Shown here one piece after another: positions 1 through 8,794 of a stretch of 64,000 bases of DNA. The position numbers were made by a program, and so were the translations under genes. A model generated the notes under the pieces. That model worked only from the letters and a program-made list of their open reading frames with translations. It was not told where the DNA came from and did no database searches. The DNA lies in the NCBI GenBank assembly GCA_030729695.1, contig JANQWV010000070.1, positions 9,188-73,187 on the forward strand, in the 5' to 3' direction. Numbering within the stretch: position 1 is the stretch's first letter; every line of letters starts with the position of its first letter. Origin of the DNA: Flavobacteriales bacterium (GTDB taxonomy: Bacteria > Bacteroidota > Bacteroidia > Flavobacteriales_D > Sanyastnellaceae).

Positions 1-121
1 AATTAACTGTAGAACCACAAGAAATATTAACAGTGGTATTCGACATATTATAATTTTGAGCCTTTAAGTCAAACGACAAACTCAAACACAAAACAATTAC
101 AATTGAACAGTATAACTTCAC
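1..121 (-). CDS. Partial CDS (N-terminus only, runs off the left edge): exported protein of unknown function
   Basis: Minus-strand reading from GTG (119-121) gives (M)KLYCSIVIVLCLSLSFDLKAQ-NYNMSNTTVNISCGSTVN. This is a typical signal peptide ending in KAQ. The frame stays open to the window edge and is too short for the ORF track. Confidence 0.35.
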   Translation of the reverse strand, partial: MKLYCSIVIVLCLSLSFDLKAQNYNMSNTTVNISCGSTVN

Positions 122-134
122 AATGAATCGATTT

Positions 135-154
135 AAGGTACATAAAGGTACATA
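135..154. repeat. 2 x 10-bp tandem direct repeat AAGGTACATA
   Basis: Read directly: aaggtacata aaggtacata, followed by aa. It lies between the dnaK terminator and the GTG of the partial gene at 1-121. Confidence 0.9.
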
Positions 155-167
155 AATCTATCTGAAC

Positions 168-194
168 AAAAAAAAGGCCTTGAAATTCAAGGCC
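168..194 (-). terminator. Rho-independent terminator of dnaK
   Basis: GGCCTTGA (176-183) pairs with TCAAGGCC (187-194) around a 3-nt loop. An A8 run at 168-175 gives a U-tract on the minus strand, just downstream of the dnaK stop. Confidence 0.75.
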
Positions 195-218
195 CTTTTT
201 ATTTTCTTCGATTCAGAA

Positions 219-2123
219 TTACTTCTTCTCGTCTTTTACTTCTTCAAAGTCAACATCGGTTACTTCACCGTCGTTGCCTCCTGCTTGTTGCTCTCCAGCA
301 CCTGCATCTGCAGCTCCGCCCGCGTTGTTGTACATGTCTGCACTAGCCGCTTGGAACACTGCATTCAATTTATCCATAGACGCTTTAATGGTGTCTAGGT
401 TCTTTTCTGCGTGTGCTTTCTTCAACTCTTCCAAAGACGCTTCAATTTCTGTTTTCTTATCTGCTGGAAGTTTATCTCCGAACTCTTTCAATTGCTTGTC
501 TACTTGGAAAATCAATGAATCAGCTTGGTTCACAACGTCTGCTTCTTCTTTCGCTTTGCGATCTGAGTCTGCATTCATCTCTGCTTCCTTCTTCATCTTC
601 TCGATGTCTTCTTTGCTTAATCCGCTAGAAGCTTCGATTCTGATGCTTTGCAATTTGTTGGTTGCTTTATCAAGCGCAGATACATTAATGATTCCGTTCG
701 CATCAATATCGAAGATAACTTCTACTTGTGGAACCCCTCTTGGCGCTGGTGGCAATCCGTCTAAGTGGAATCTTCCAATGGTACGGTTGTCCTTCGCCAT
801 GGCACGCTCACCTTGCAATACGTGAATCTCTACGCTTGGTTGATTATCGCTAGCCGTTGAAAACACTTCAGACTTCTTCGTTGGAATAGTCGTGTTCGCC
901 TCAATCAACTTCGTGAATACACCACCCATGGTTTCAATTCCCAATGAAAGCGGAGTAACATCTAGCAACAACACGTCCTTCACTTCTCCAGTTAATACAC
1001 CTCCTTGAATTGCAGCTCCGATAGCTACTACTTCATCAGGATTCACTCCTTTGCTTGGATCTTTTCCGAAGAAACTCTTCACTGCATCTTGAATTGCAGG
1101 GATACGTGTTGATCCTCCTACTAAGATAATTTCATTGATGTCGTTTACAGACAAACCAGCGTTCTTCAATGCACTTTCGCAAGGAGCAATGGTTCTGCGA
1201 ATCAACGAATCTGCTAACTGCTCGAACTTCGCACGAGTCAACGTCTTCACCAAGTGCTTTGGTATTCCGTCAACAGGCATGATGTATGGCAAGTTAATCT
1301 CAGTTGTTGAAGAGCTAGACAATTCAATCTTCGCTTTCTCTGCACCTTCCTTCAAACGTTGAAGAGCCATTGGATCTTTCGAAAGATCTAAATTTCCATT
1401 TTCATTCTTGAATTCTTGAACCAACCAATCGATGATTACTTGGTCGAAGTCATCTCCACCCAAGTGCGTATCTCCGTCTGTTGACAATACTTCAAATACG
1501 CCGTCACCTAACTCAAGAACAGATACGTCATGCGTTCCACCACCACAGTCGAACACCACAATCTTCATCTCTTGAGACTTCTTGTCTAATCCATATGCCA
1601 ATGCCGCTGCAGTTGGCTCGTTAATGATACGCTTCACTGTTAATCCAGCAATCTCCCCTGCTTCTTTCGTAGCCTGACGTTGCGCATCGTTGAAGTATGC
1701 AGGAACGGTAATCACCGCTTCGGTTACTTCTTGACCCAAATAATCTTCAGCTGTCTTCTTCATTTTTTGAAGAATCATGGCTGAAATTTCTTGTGGAGTA
1801 TACGTGCGGTCGTCGATTTTCACGCGAGGCGTGTTGTTGTCGCCCTTCACTACCGTGTAAGGCATGCGCGTTGCTTCTTTCTCCGTTTCTGCGAATGATG
1901 ATCCCATGAAACGTTTGATACTTGAAATGGTTTTTGTTGGATTCGTAATGGCTTGACGCTTTGCAGGATCTCCTACTTTACGCTCACCACCTTCTACGAA
2001 AGCAACAATAGAAGGCGTGGTGCGCTTTCCTTCGCTGTTCGCGATAACCACGGGCTCGTTTCCTTCCATCACAGATACACACGAATTCGTGGTACCGAGG
2101 TCAATGCCTATTATTTTACTCAT
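219..2123 (-). CDS. dnaK: Molecular chaperone DnaK (Hsp70)
   Basis: 634 aa. Motifs [27 protein letters not shown] and [13 protein letters not shown], with an acidic Gly/Ala-rich C-terminal tail. Confidence 0.98.
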   Translation of the reverse strand: MSKIIGIDLGTTNSCVSVMEGNEPVVIANSEGKRTTPSIVAFVEGGERKVGDPAKRQAITNPTKTISSIKRFMGSSFAETEKEATRMPYTVVKGDNNTPRVKIDDRTYTPQEISAMILQKMKKTAEDYLGQEVTEAVITVPAYFNDAQRQATKEAGEIAGLTVKRIINEPTAAALAYGLDKKSQEMKIVVFDCGGGTHDVSVLELGDGVFEVLSTDGDTHLGGDDFDQVIIDWLVQEFKNENGNLDLSKDPMALQRLKEGAEKAKIELSSSSTTEINLPYIMPVDGIPKHLVKTLTRAKFEQLADSLIRRTIAPCESALKNAGLSVNDINEIILVGGSTRIPAIQDAVKSFFGKDPSKGVNPDEVVAIGAAIQGGVLTGEVKDVLLLDVTPLSLGIETMGGVFTKLIEANTTIPTKKSEVFSTASDNQPSVEIHVLQGERAMAKDNRTIGRFHLDGLPPAPRGVPQVEVIFDIDANGIINVSALDKATNKLQSIRIEASSGLSKEDIEKMKKEAEMNADSDRKAKEEADVVNQADSLIFQVDKQLKEFGDKLPADKKTEIEASLEELKKAHAEKNLDTIKASMDKLNAVFQAASADMYNNAGGAADAGAGEQQAGGNDGEVTDVDFEEVKDEKK

Positions 2124-2193
2124 GTTCTTAAATTTTCAATTTGTTTCACCCCGCATTTCAACCAATATGCCATTGAGAAATCAGGAGTGAAAT

Positions 2194-2209
2194 CTGACAG
2201 AACTGTCAG
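2194..2209. promoter_or_regulatory. Perfect 7-bp inverted repeat CTGACAG-AA-CTGTCAG in the dnaK leader (candidate operator or hairpin)
   Basis: Read directly, 71-86 nt upstream of the dnaK ATG. A third half-site, CTGACA, lies at 2216-2221. A related repeat lies upstream of grpE. Confidence 0.35.
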
Positions 2210-2244
2210 CATTTTCTGACACACCTCCTGAACCGCCCGACAAA

Positions 2245-3018
2245 TCAGCGCGGTAGATACAAATCGAAGTGCTCTTTGCGCATTCTTCCATTCAGGAAGA
2301 TCACACCGAACCAATAGAAATCGAGGCTCAATTCAATGCGAGAATCCGCACATATTTTTTTCCAAGCGCGCATCATTCCTTTGCTCCAATAGATGTCGTC
2401 GAAGACAATGCACGTGATATTTTTATGTTGAAGTAATACCTCGAAATAGCGAAGCGTAGCCTCTTCCGTATGGTTTCCATCTACATAAACCAATTCCATT
2501 TCAGGAAAGGTGTTTAAAGTAGTTGGAAGGGTGTCGTTGAAATTTCCTTCAACCACCTCGATATTATTTTTCTGGAAGGAATGAAAAAGAGATCGCGCTT
2601 CTGCTGCATGGGTGGGGTCCCCTTCCAGCGTTATTATTTTTTTTGTGGAATGAAGGGCCTCTGATAAATAAAGTGTACCTATTCCGAAATGCGTTCCTAT
2701 TTCCAACAGCCCGGAAGGCTTTAGGTGTTCAACCAACAAATGAAGGGCTTCACCTTTTTTCTTCGGCATGGCGCTGGAAGCCACAGAACGCGAATAGGTG
2801 CGGGTAGTCTGAAGGCCTTTGCTTCCTGCACCGAAGTCTTTCACCACATAGACAGTATCGTTCGCCAACAGTTTTCTGCGCGCTTCTTCAATTGGATTCC
2901 AAACAGCAGGACGCTGCTGCTTCAGCACATCGGTAATGAGTTTGAAAACAAACGGAGAATGAACACCGTGAGGTCCTTTCGCAAAAAGTAAATGTTTGAG
3001 ATAAGGAAGCAATAACAT
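2245..3018 (-). CDS. Class I SAM-dependent methyltransferase (O-methyltransferase family 3-like)
   Basis: 257 aa. Motif I-like LLEIGTHFGIGTLYL and VYVDGNH, resembling the caffeoyl-CoA OMT-like fold. Confidence 0.6.
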   Translation of the reverse strand: MLLLPYLKHLLFAKGPHGVHSPFVFKLITDVLKQQRPAVWNPIEEARRKLLANDTVYVVKDFGAGSKGLQTTRTYSRSVASSAMPKKKGEALHLLVEHLKPSGLLEIGTHFGIGTLYLSEALHSTKKIITLEGDPTHAAEARSLFHSFQKNNIEVVEGNFNDTLPTTLNTFPEMELVYVDGNHTEEATLRYFEVLLQHKNITCIVFDDIYWSKGMMRAWKKICADSRIELSLDFYWFGVIFLNGRMRKEHFDLYLPR

Positions 3019-4046
3019 TACTTCTGTCCTTTTTCAAGTCGCTCTATACGCTCGAGCAATTGCGGCAATCGGCGATGAATAATGTACGATTTCTTGAAGT
3101 CCATGGTATCCACAGCCGGTGTTCCTTGAAGAACCACATTCTCTTTCAATACCGAGGCACTGATTCCTGTTTGAGCAGCGATTTTCACGCCGTTCGCTAT
3201 GGTCAGATGTCCTGCAATACCAACCTGTCCGCCTATCATACAGTTCTCACCAATCTTGGTGCTTCCCGCTATTCCGGTTAAAGCAGCAATGACGGTGTTC
3301 TTTCCAATTTCAACGTTGTGCGCAACCTGAATAAGGTTGTCTAACTTCACTCCTTCACGAATAATGGTAGAGCCTAAAGTAGCGCGGTCAATGGCGGTGT
3401 TCGCGCCTATTTCAACGCGATCTTCAACAACTACATTTCCTATTTGAGGCACCTTCGCATAACGATTGTCTGCTTGAGGTGCGAAACCAAATCCGTCTGC
3501 GCCAATGATAACACCCGCGTGCAACGTGCAATTCGAACCAATCACACATTCGCTATAAACTTTCACACCTGGATGTACCATGGTGAAATCTCCAATCTTC
3601 ACATGCTCACCTAAATAAGACTGCGCCATAATCATCGCGTTGTTTCCAACGGAAGCTCCGGCTTCAATCACCACTCCTGCTCCAATGTGCACGTTTTCAC
3701 CGATGACAACTGAAGCATCAATAACAGCAGATGCATGAATACCCGGACGTGGTCTTTTAAACTGGCTGTATGCCTCTAACAACTTCGCGAAACTTCCGTA
3801 TGCATCTGCAACACGAATAAGCGTGAGTGTTTCGGGCAATGCTTGCTCGGCAACGAAATCGTTTGAAACAATAGCAATGCTCGCACCTGTTGAATAGATA
3901 TGAGAAATGTATTTCGGATTGGCCAGAAACGTTAGCGTTCCTGCTTTGCCTTCTTCAATTTTAGAAAGACCTGAAACTTCCGCTGAAGAATTTCCTTCAA
4001 CTGTTCCTTCCAACATACCGGCAATTTGCTCCGCCGTAAATTTCAT
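3018..4046 (-). CDS. lpxD: UDP-3-O-acylglucosamine N-acyltransferase
   Basis: 342 aa. LpxD-type N-terminal domain followed by a long run of hexapeptide (LbH) repeats and a C-terminal helix. Confidence 0.9.
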   Translation of the reverse strand: MKFTAEQIAGMLEGTVEGNSSAEVSGLSKIEEGKAGTLTFLANPKYISHIYSTGASIAIVSNDFVAEQALPETLTLIRVADAYGSFAKLLEAYSQFKRPRPGIHASAVIDASVVIGENVHIGAGVVIEAGASVGNNAMIMAQSYLGEHVKIGDFTMVHPGVKVYSECVIGSNCTLHAGVIIGADGFGFAPQADNRYAKVPQIGNVVVEDRVEIGANTAIDRATLGSTIIREGVKLDNLIQVAHNVEIGKNTVIAALTGIAGSTKIGENCMIGGQVGIAGHLTIANGVKIAAQTGISASVLKENVVLQGTPAVDTMDFKKSYIIHRRLPQLLERIERLEKGQK

Positions 4047-4091
4047 ACGAAATAGATTTGAATGCGAATATACTTCTCAATTGGCAAAGAC

Positions 4092-5363
4092 TTATTTCAT
4101 CTTTGCTCCAATCGATTGAATGTCTTTGAAAAAGTCGGGATACGACTTCGAAATAACCTCCGGATTTTGTAACACGGTCTTCGCCCCTGCAATTCCGAAA
4201 AGCGCACCTGCCATGACCATGCGGTGATCCTTGTGCACATTCCAAACGGCAGGACGGGCATGCCCAGGATAAATCATCATATCGTCGCCACGCACGATTA
4301 CGCGAATTCCTGATTTCGCAAATTCTTCAACGATAGCGTTCGCACGATTACTCTCCTTCACAAGCAGTCGCTTCGCGCCTTTCAACGTTGAAACGCCGTT
4401 TCCGAAGGAAGCCAACACCGCTAGGCAAGGGAATAAATCTGGACAATGTGTGGCATCGAAATCGAATGCCTGAATGGTGCTTGCAAAAACCTTCACACTG
4501 TTCTCGTTCTGCGTGTACTTCACTTTCGCTAAATCAAAGGCTTCCAAAATAGCCTGATCGGCTTGTGGCAAACGTGTGTTTAAATTCTTCACCAACAAAC
4601 CTTCGGTAGCAGTTAATGCTCCTGCGATAAGCAAAGGAACTGCACCACTCCAATCACCATCGACCGACACATCTTGTGGTTTGTATTTCTGTGAACCTTT
4701 AATGAAGTAGGTGCCTTCCTCTTCCTTCACAATTACACCAAACATTTTCATTACCGCTAGGGTTAAATCAATGTAGGGCTTGCTATTCAATTCTGTAATC
4801 ACCAACTCTGAATCGCCCGTGCAGCGTGGCAAAGCCATGAGCATTCCCGAAAGAAATTGCGATGAATTTGCAGCAGACAATTCAGCCTTTCCGGCTGTTA
4901 ACTGTCCAGAAAAAGTCAACGGCAGTTTTCCTTCGTTGGTTGAAACAGTTACACCGAACGGATTCAGATATGTATCAAATTCGAAGAAGGGTCTGTTCAA
5001 TAAAGTGCCCGTTCCATTCAATACTTTTTCGCTGTTATGCAACGCAGCAATAGGAACAAACAAGCGCGATGCAAAACCCGACTCTCCTGCAAAAAGATTT
5101 TTTTGCGGTGTGCGAATTCCGTGAATTTCATTGGCGGGAAATCCGCCTTTGATGGTCAATGTGTTTTTTGAAAGTTGAACAATGGCTCCTAAAGCCTCTG
5201 CCAACTTCCTTGCATGAAAAGGATCTTCTGAATTCGGATAATGACGAATGGTTGTTTCTCCGGCAGCGAGCAAAGCGGCGGCTACATAACGTTGCGCAAT
5301 GCTTTTCGAAGCAGGTGCCGAAACGGTTCCACTAATTTCCGAAGGAAGAATTTCTATTTTCAC
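4092..5363 (-). CDS. aroA: 3-phosphoshikimate 1-carboxyvinyltransferase (EPSP synthase)
   Basis: 423 aa. Motifs SAPASKSIAQR and LLVKESNRANAI, with the EPSPS two-domain layout. Confidence 0.9.
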   Translation of the reverse strand: MKIEILPSEISGTVSAPASKSIAQRYVAAALLAAGETTIRHYPNSEDPFHARKLAEALGAIVQLSKNTLTIKGGFPANEIHGIRTPQKNLFAGESGFASRLFVPIAALHNSEKVLNGTGTLLNRPFFEFDTYLNPFGVTVSTNEGKLPLTFSGQLTAGKAELSAANSSQFLSGMLMALPRCTGDSELVITELNSKPYIDLTLAVMKMFGVIVKEEEGTYFIKGSQKYKPQDVSVDGDWSGAVPLLIAGALTATEGLLVKNLNTRLPQADQAILEAFDLAKVKYTQNENSVKVFASTIQAFDFDATHCPDLFPCLAVLASFGNGVSTLKGAKRLLVKESNRANAIVEEFAKSGIRVIVRGDDMMIYPGHARPAVWNVHKDHRMVMAGALFGIAGAKTVLQNPEVISKSYPDFFKDIQSIGAKMK

Positions 5364-6121
5364 TTTTCACCAATGTAAATACTCGCAATACCTCCGCTTA
5401 ACGGAATGCAACGCACACGCTTGTAGCCAACCTTTTCCATAACGTCTAAGAAATCTTTTCCGGAAGGAAATTGAGCCACTGATTCTGGAAGGTACTCATA
5501 AGCGCGGCTGTCTTTCGAAACCCATTTGCCCAATGTTGGCATGATGAATTTGAAATAAAATCCGAACAATTGTTTAATGGGAAAATGTTTCGGACGAGAA
5601 AACTCTAGAACGACTCCTACTCCGTTCGGACGCAGCACACGTAACATTTCGCGCATGCCTTGTTCCAGGTTTTCGAAATTACGAACACCGAACGCAACGG
5701 TGTAGGCATCGAAGCTGTGATCTTCAAAAGGAAGATTTTCAGAATCGCCCTTTCTTAATTCAATGATTTGTTCGAAGCCTCTTTCTTTCACCTTCTTCCT
5801 TCCCACTTCCAACATTCCCTCTGAAATATCTACTCCTACAATTGACGAAGCGTTCAACTTCGACTTCACCGCCTGAAGCGCGAAATCGGCTGTTCCTGTA
5901 GCAACATCGAGTACTTTCTTTGGATGGTACTTCTTCAAAATACGAATGGCACGTTTGCGCCAGATGATATCGATTCCCAAGGAGAAGAAGTGGTTCAGAA
6001 AATCATAGCTGTGTGCAATTTGATCGAACATTTGTTCAACCTCTTCTTTCTTTCCACCTTGATTGTAGGGCTTAACTGTTTCCATACTTACATCAATTCG
6101 ATTTTCATCGATTTTGTTCAA
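5360..6121 (-). CDS. ubiE: Demethylmenaquinone/ubiquinone methyltransferase UbiE/MenG
   Basis: 253 aa. UbiE signature YDFLNHFFSLGIDIIWRK and SAM motif VLDVATGTADFA. Overlaps aroA by 4 nt. Confidence 0.9.
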   Translation of the reverse strand: MNKIDENRIDVSMETVKPYNQGGKKEEVEQMFDQIAHSYDFLNHFFSLGIDIIWRKRAIRILKKYHPKKVLDVATGTADFALQAVKSKLNASSIVGVDISEGMLEVGRKKVKERGFEQIIELRKGDSENLPFEDHSFDAYTVAFGVRNFENLEQGMREMLRVLRPNGVGVVLEFSRPKHFPIKQLFGFYFKFIMPTLGKWVSKDSRAYEYLPESVAQFPSGKDFLDVMEKVGYKRVRCIPLSGGIASIYIGEK

Positions 6122-7119
6122 ACTGAAACAGCAATTCTCTCTGCTTCCAACTTTAATAATTCTCTATCTATTGGCACCACGCCCACTTTCTCGCAAACTA
6201 AACCTCCTGCAAGATTGGCTATTTCTGCAATATCTGCTAAATTCCACCCCGATGCCAAAGCTAGAGTTGCAACAGCAATTACGGTATCTCCAGCGCCAGA
6301 AACATCGACAATCTCACGCTTGTGAGCAGAGTGTGTTGAAAAACTCGTCCCGTCGAAAGAAGTAACGCCATGTTCAGAACGCGTAACCATAACACCTTCC
6401 GCATTCAACTCATTTCGCAAATCCACCAAAGATATTTCGATAGCAGCAGTATCGTCTGAAGCGAATTCGACTTTCATTCCTTCCTTCAACTCTTTCAAAT
6501 TTGGTTTGAAGAGTGAGCAGCCTTTGTACAAATTGAAATTCTTCAACTTCGGGTCAACACTAACAGGAATGTTCAAAGACTTCGCTTTCGCAATTACGTG
6601 GGTGATTACTTTTTCAGTGAGCACACCTTTGTCGTAATCTTCGAAGACTATTGCATCCACTTTTTGTCTACTTAAAATTTGATCAATGCAATCAAGTAAA
6701 TTTCTTTCATCGGTTGCTGAAAGCGGCCAAGTGATTTCATCGTCGATCCGAACAATGTGATGTCCGCCTGAAATAACCCGCGTTTTCACGGTAGTCATTC
6801 GCTCGGTTGAATCTATAATTCCTTCCGTGCTAAACCCTAAATCTTTCGCAGTCTTGCGGAAAATATCTCCCTTCGATCCGTCACCAACTACAGAACACAT
6901 GATGGCTTTCGCGCCCAAGGTGTTTACGTTTAACGCCACATTCGCAGCACCGCCTAAACGATTTTCTTTTTTCTGAATGTGAACAATAGGAACAGGCGCC
7001 TCCGGAGAGATACGCTCTACCTTTCCCCACAAATAGGCATCGATCATAACGTCTCCAACAACCAAGATGGTCTTGTCTGACAATGAACTGAAGAACGACT
7101 GTACAGAATCTTTATTCAA
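6118..7119 (-). CDS. PfkB/ribokinase-family sugar kinase (RfaE/HldE domain I-like heptose-7-phosphate kinase)
   Basis: 333 aa. N-terminal ILVVGDVMIDAY and C-terminal VDVSGAGDTVIAV anion-hole motif. Confidence 0.75.
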   Translation of the reverse strand: MNKDSVQSFFSSLSDKTILVVGDVMIDAYLWGKVERISPEAPVPIVHIQKKENRLGGAANVALNVNTLGAKAIMCSVVGDGSKGDIFRKTAKDLGFSTEGIIDSTERMTTVKTRVISGGHHIVRIDDEITWPLSATDERNLLDCIDQILSRQKVDAIVFEDYDKGVLTEKVITHVIAKAKSLNIPVSVDPKLKNFNLYKGCSLFKPNLKELKEGMKVEFASDDTAAIEISLVDLRNELNAEGVMVTRSEHGVTSFDGTSFSTHSAHKREIVDVSGAGDTVIAVATLALASGWNLADIAEIANLAGGLVCEKVGVVPIDRELLKLEAERIAVSV

Positions 7120-7120
7120 T

Positions 7121-8338
7121 TTACAACGGTTTTAATTCGGATAAGGCTTGTGTTATGCGCGAAACGGCTTGATCGAGATTCTCTTCAGACGTTGCATAAG
7201 AAATGCGAATGCAATTTGAATCTCCGAAAGCATCTCCAGCTACCGTTGCAACATAAACTTTACGCAACAAGTACATGGCTATATCTTCAGAGCTTTTTAC
7301 AACGGTTTCACCGTCTGTTGTGTTGAAGAAAGCGGTCACGTCTATGTAAAAATAAAACGCTGCTTCAGGTAAATTAATTTTCAATCCAGGGATTTTAGAA
7401 AGCCCTTCATAAACACGATCTCTGCGCGATTTAAATACGGCAATCATTTCACTAACAACCGATGGATCTGCTTCCAAAGCTGCTTTCGCGGCCATTTGTG
7501 CTATGGTGTTTGCACCACTTGTGATTTGTCCTTGCATCTTGTTGCAAGCTTGCGCCACCCAAAGCGGCGCTCCAATATATCCCAATCTCCATCCCGTCAT
7601 TGCGAATGCTTTCGATACACCGTTTACGGTAATGGTGCGGTCTAACATGCCTTCGCAAGCACCAATGGAGTATGTCTTTCCAACAAAATTGATTAACTCA
7701 TAAATCTCATCGCTAATCACATAGACACCTTCGTGCTGTAGGATTACTTTGCTCAACGCTTCAAGCTCTTCTTTGCTGTAAACCGAACCTGTTGGATTGC
7801 AAGGCGAACTGTAAATAATCAACTTCGTTTTATCGTTAATGGCGTTGCTTAATCCTTCTGGCGTAATCTTGAAATTGCTTTCAATACCAGCGTGCAACTC
7901 AACCACCGTTCCTCCTGCCATCTTCACCAATTCAGCGTAGCTAACCCAATAAGGACTTGGCATAATTACCTCGTCGCCAGGATTCACCAATGCTAAAATC
8001 ACATTAGCTAAACTTTGCTTCGCTCCGGTGCTCACGACAACTTGTTCAGGTGAATAAGAAAGTCCGTTATCGCGTTTGAATTTGTTTGAAATCGCTTGAC
8101 GCAACTCCGGAAATCCGTTTACTGGCGGGTAATGCGTAACATTTGCATGAATAGCTGCAATAGCAGCATCTTTGATGAAATCAGGTGTGTTGAAATCGGG
8201 TTCACCAATAGAAAGGTTCACCACAGGCTTACCTTCTGCAGCCAATTCACGACCCATGCGAGCCATTGCTAAGGTTGCAGATTCAGATAACTTTTCCAAC
8301 AAGTGGGAAACCTTGCCCACGCGCGTATTTTCTTGCAT
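7121..8338 (-). CDS. Pyridoxal-phosphate-dependent aminotransferase, class I (aspartate aminotransferase-like)
   Basis: 405 aa. SPCNPTG and the PLP-lysine motif SKAFAMTGWRLGY. Confidence 0.9.
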   Translation of the reverse strand: MQENTRVGKVSHLLEKLSESATLAMARMGRELAAEGKPVVNLSIGEPDFNTPDFIKDAAIAAIHANVTHYPPVNGFPELRQAISNKFKRDNGLSYSPEQVVVSTGAKQSLANVILALVNPGDEVIMPSPYWVSYAELVKMAGGTVVELHAGIESNFKITPEGLSNAINDKTKLIIYSSPCNPTGSVYSKEELEALSKVILQHEGVYVISDEIYELINFVGKTYSIGACEGMLDRTITVNGVSKAFAMTGWRLGYIGAPLWVAQACNKMQGQITSGANTIAQMAAKAALEADPSVVSEMIAVFKSRRDRVYEGLSKIPGLKINLPEAAFYFYIDVTAFFNTTDGETVVKSSEDIAMYLLRKVYVATVAGDAFGDSNCIRISYATSEENLDQAVSRITQALSELKPL

Positions 8339-8377
8339 GGTGCAAATTTACGATTTAAGAAAGAAAGTCCTTGAAAA

Positions 8378-8794
8378 TTATGCGATTTCCCATGATTTTT
8401 CAGACCGATGAACAGTCCCCTTGAAAAACGCTACGGCCTCGTTGTTCTGATTGAAAACAGTGATGTGATAAACACCGATGCGCTTCGATAAGCTTTTCTC
8501 GTCCACCAACGTAGAAAGAACATCTCCTTCCACCACCGGTTTCACATGCGAAATAGATGTCTCAACCGAATAACACTTCAATCCGTGTGCATTGCTAGCA
8601 AAGGCAAGCGCTGTGTCTGCAAGAGAATAAGTTATTCCTCCGTGGGCAATAGAAAATCCGTTTAGCATTTCGCCGCGAACCGTCATGCGCAAATCGCAAA
8701 TCCCAGGCCCAATTCGCAAACGTTCAATGCCCAACCATTGGCTGAACGCATCGTTCACAAACATAGATTCTACAATCTTTTCGGCGTGTGTCAT
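8378..8794 (-). CDS. PaaI-family hotdog-fold thioesterase
   Basis: 138 aa. HGGITYSLADTA motif. Overlaps the upstream ABC transporter gene by 1 nt. Confidence 0.8.
   Translation of the reverse strand: MTHAEKIVESMFVNDAFSQWLGIERLRIGPGICDLRMTVRGEMLNGFSIAHGGITYSLADTALAFASNAHGLKCYSVETSISHVKPVVEGDVLSTLVDEKSLSKRIGVYHITVFNQNNEAVAFFKGTVHRSEKSWEIA

Noticed and set aside
274-825. 183-aa plus-strand ORF (and other 60-110-aa ORFs) antisense to dnaK
   Set aside because: It lies entirely within the strongly supported dnaK gene. The Ala/Ser/Leu-rich low-complexity translation is typical of an antisense shadow frame. It has no start context or motif.
2124-2244. CIRCE element or sigma-32-type promoter upstream of dnaK
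   Set aside because: There is no TTAGCACTC-N9-GAGTGCTAA. A GTTGAAA on the coding strand resembles a sigma-32 -35 element, but no CCCCAT-like -10 follows at the right spacing.
5924-6325. 133-aa plus-strand ORF spanning the ubiE/kinase junction
   Set aside because: It is antisense to two well-supported genes that overlap by 4 nt, and it has no independent features.
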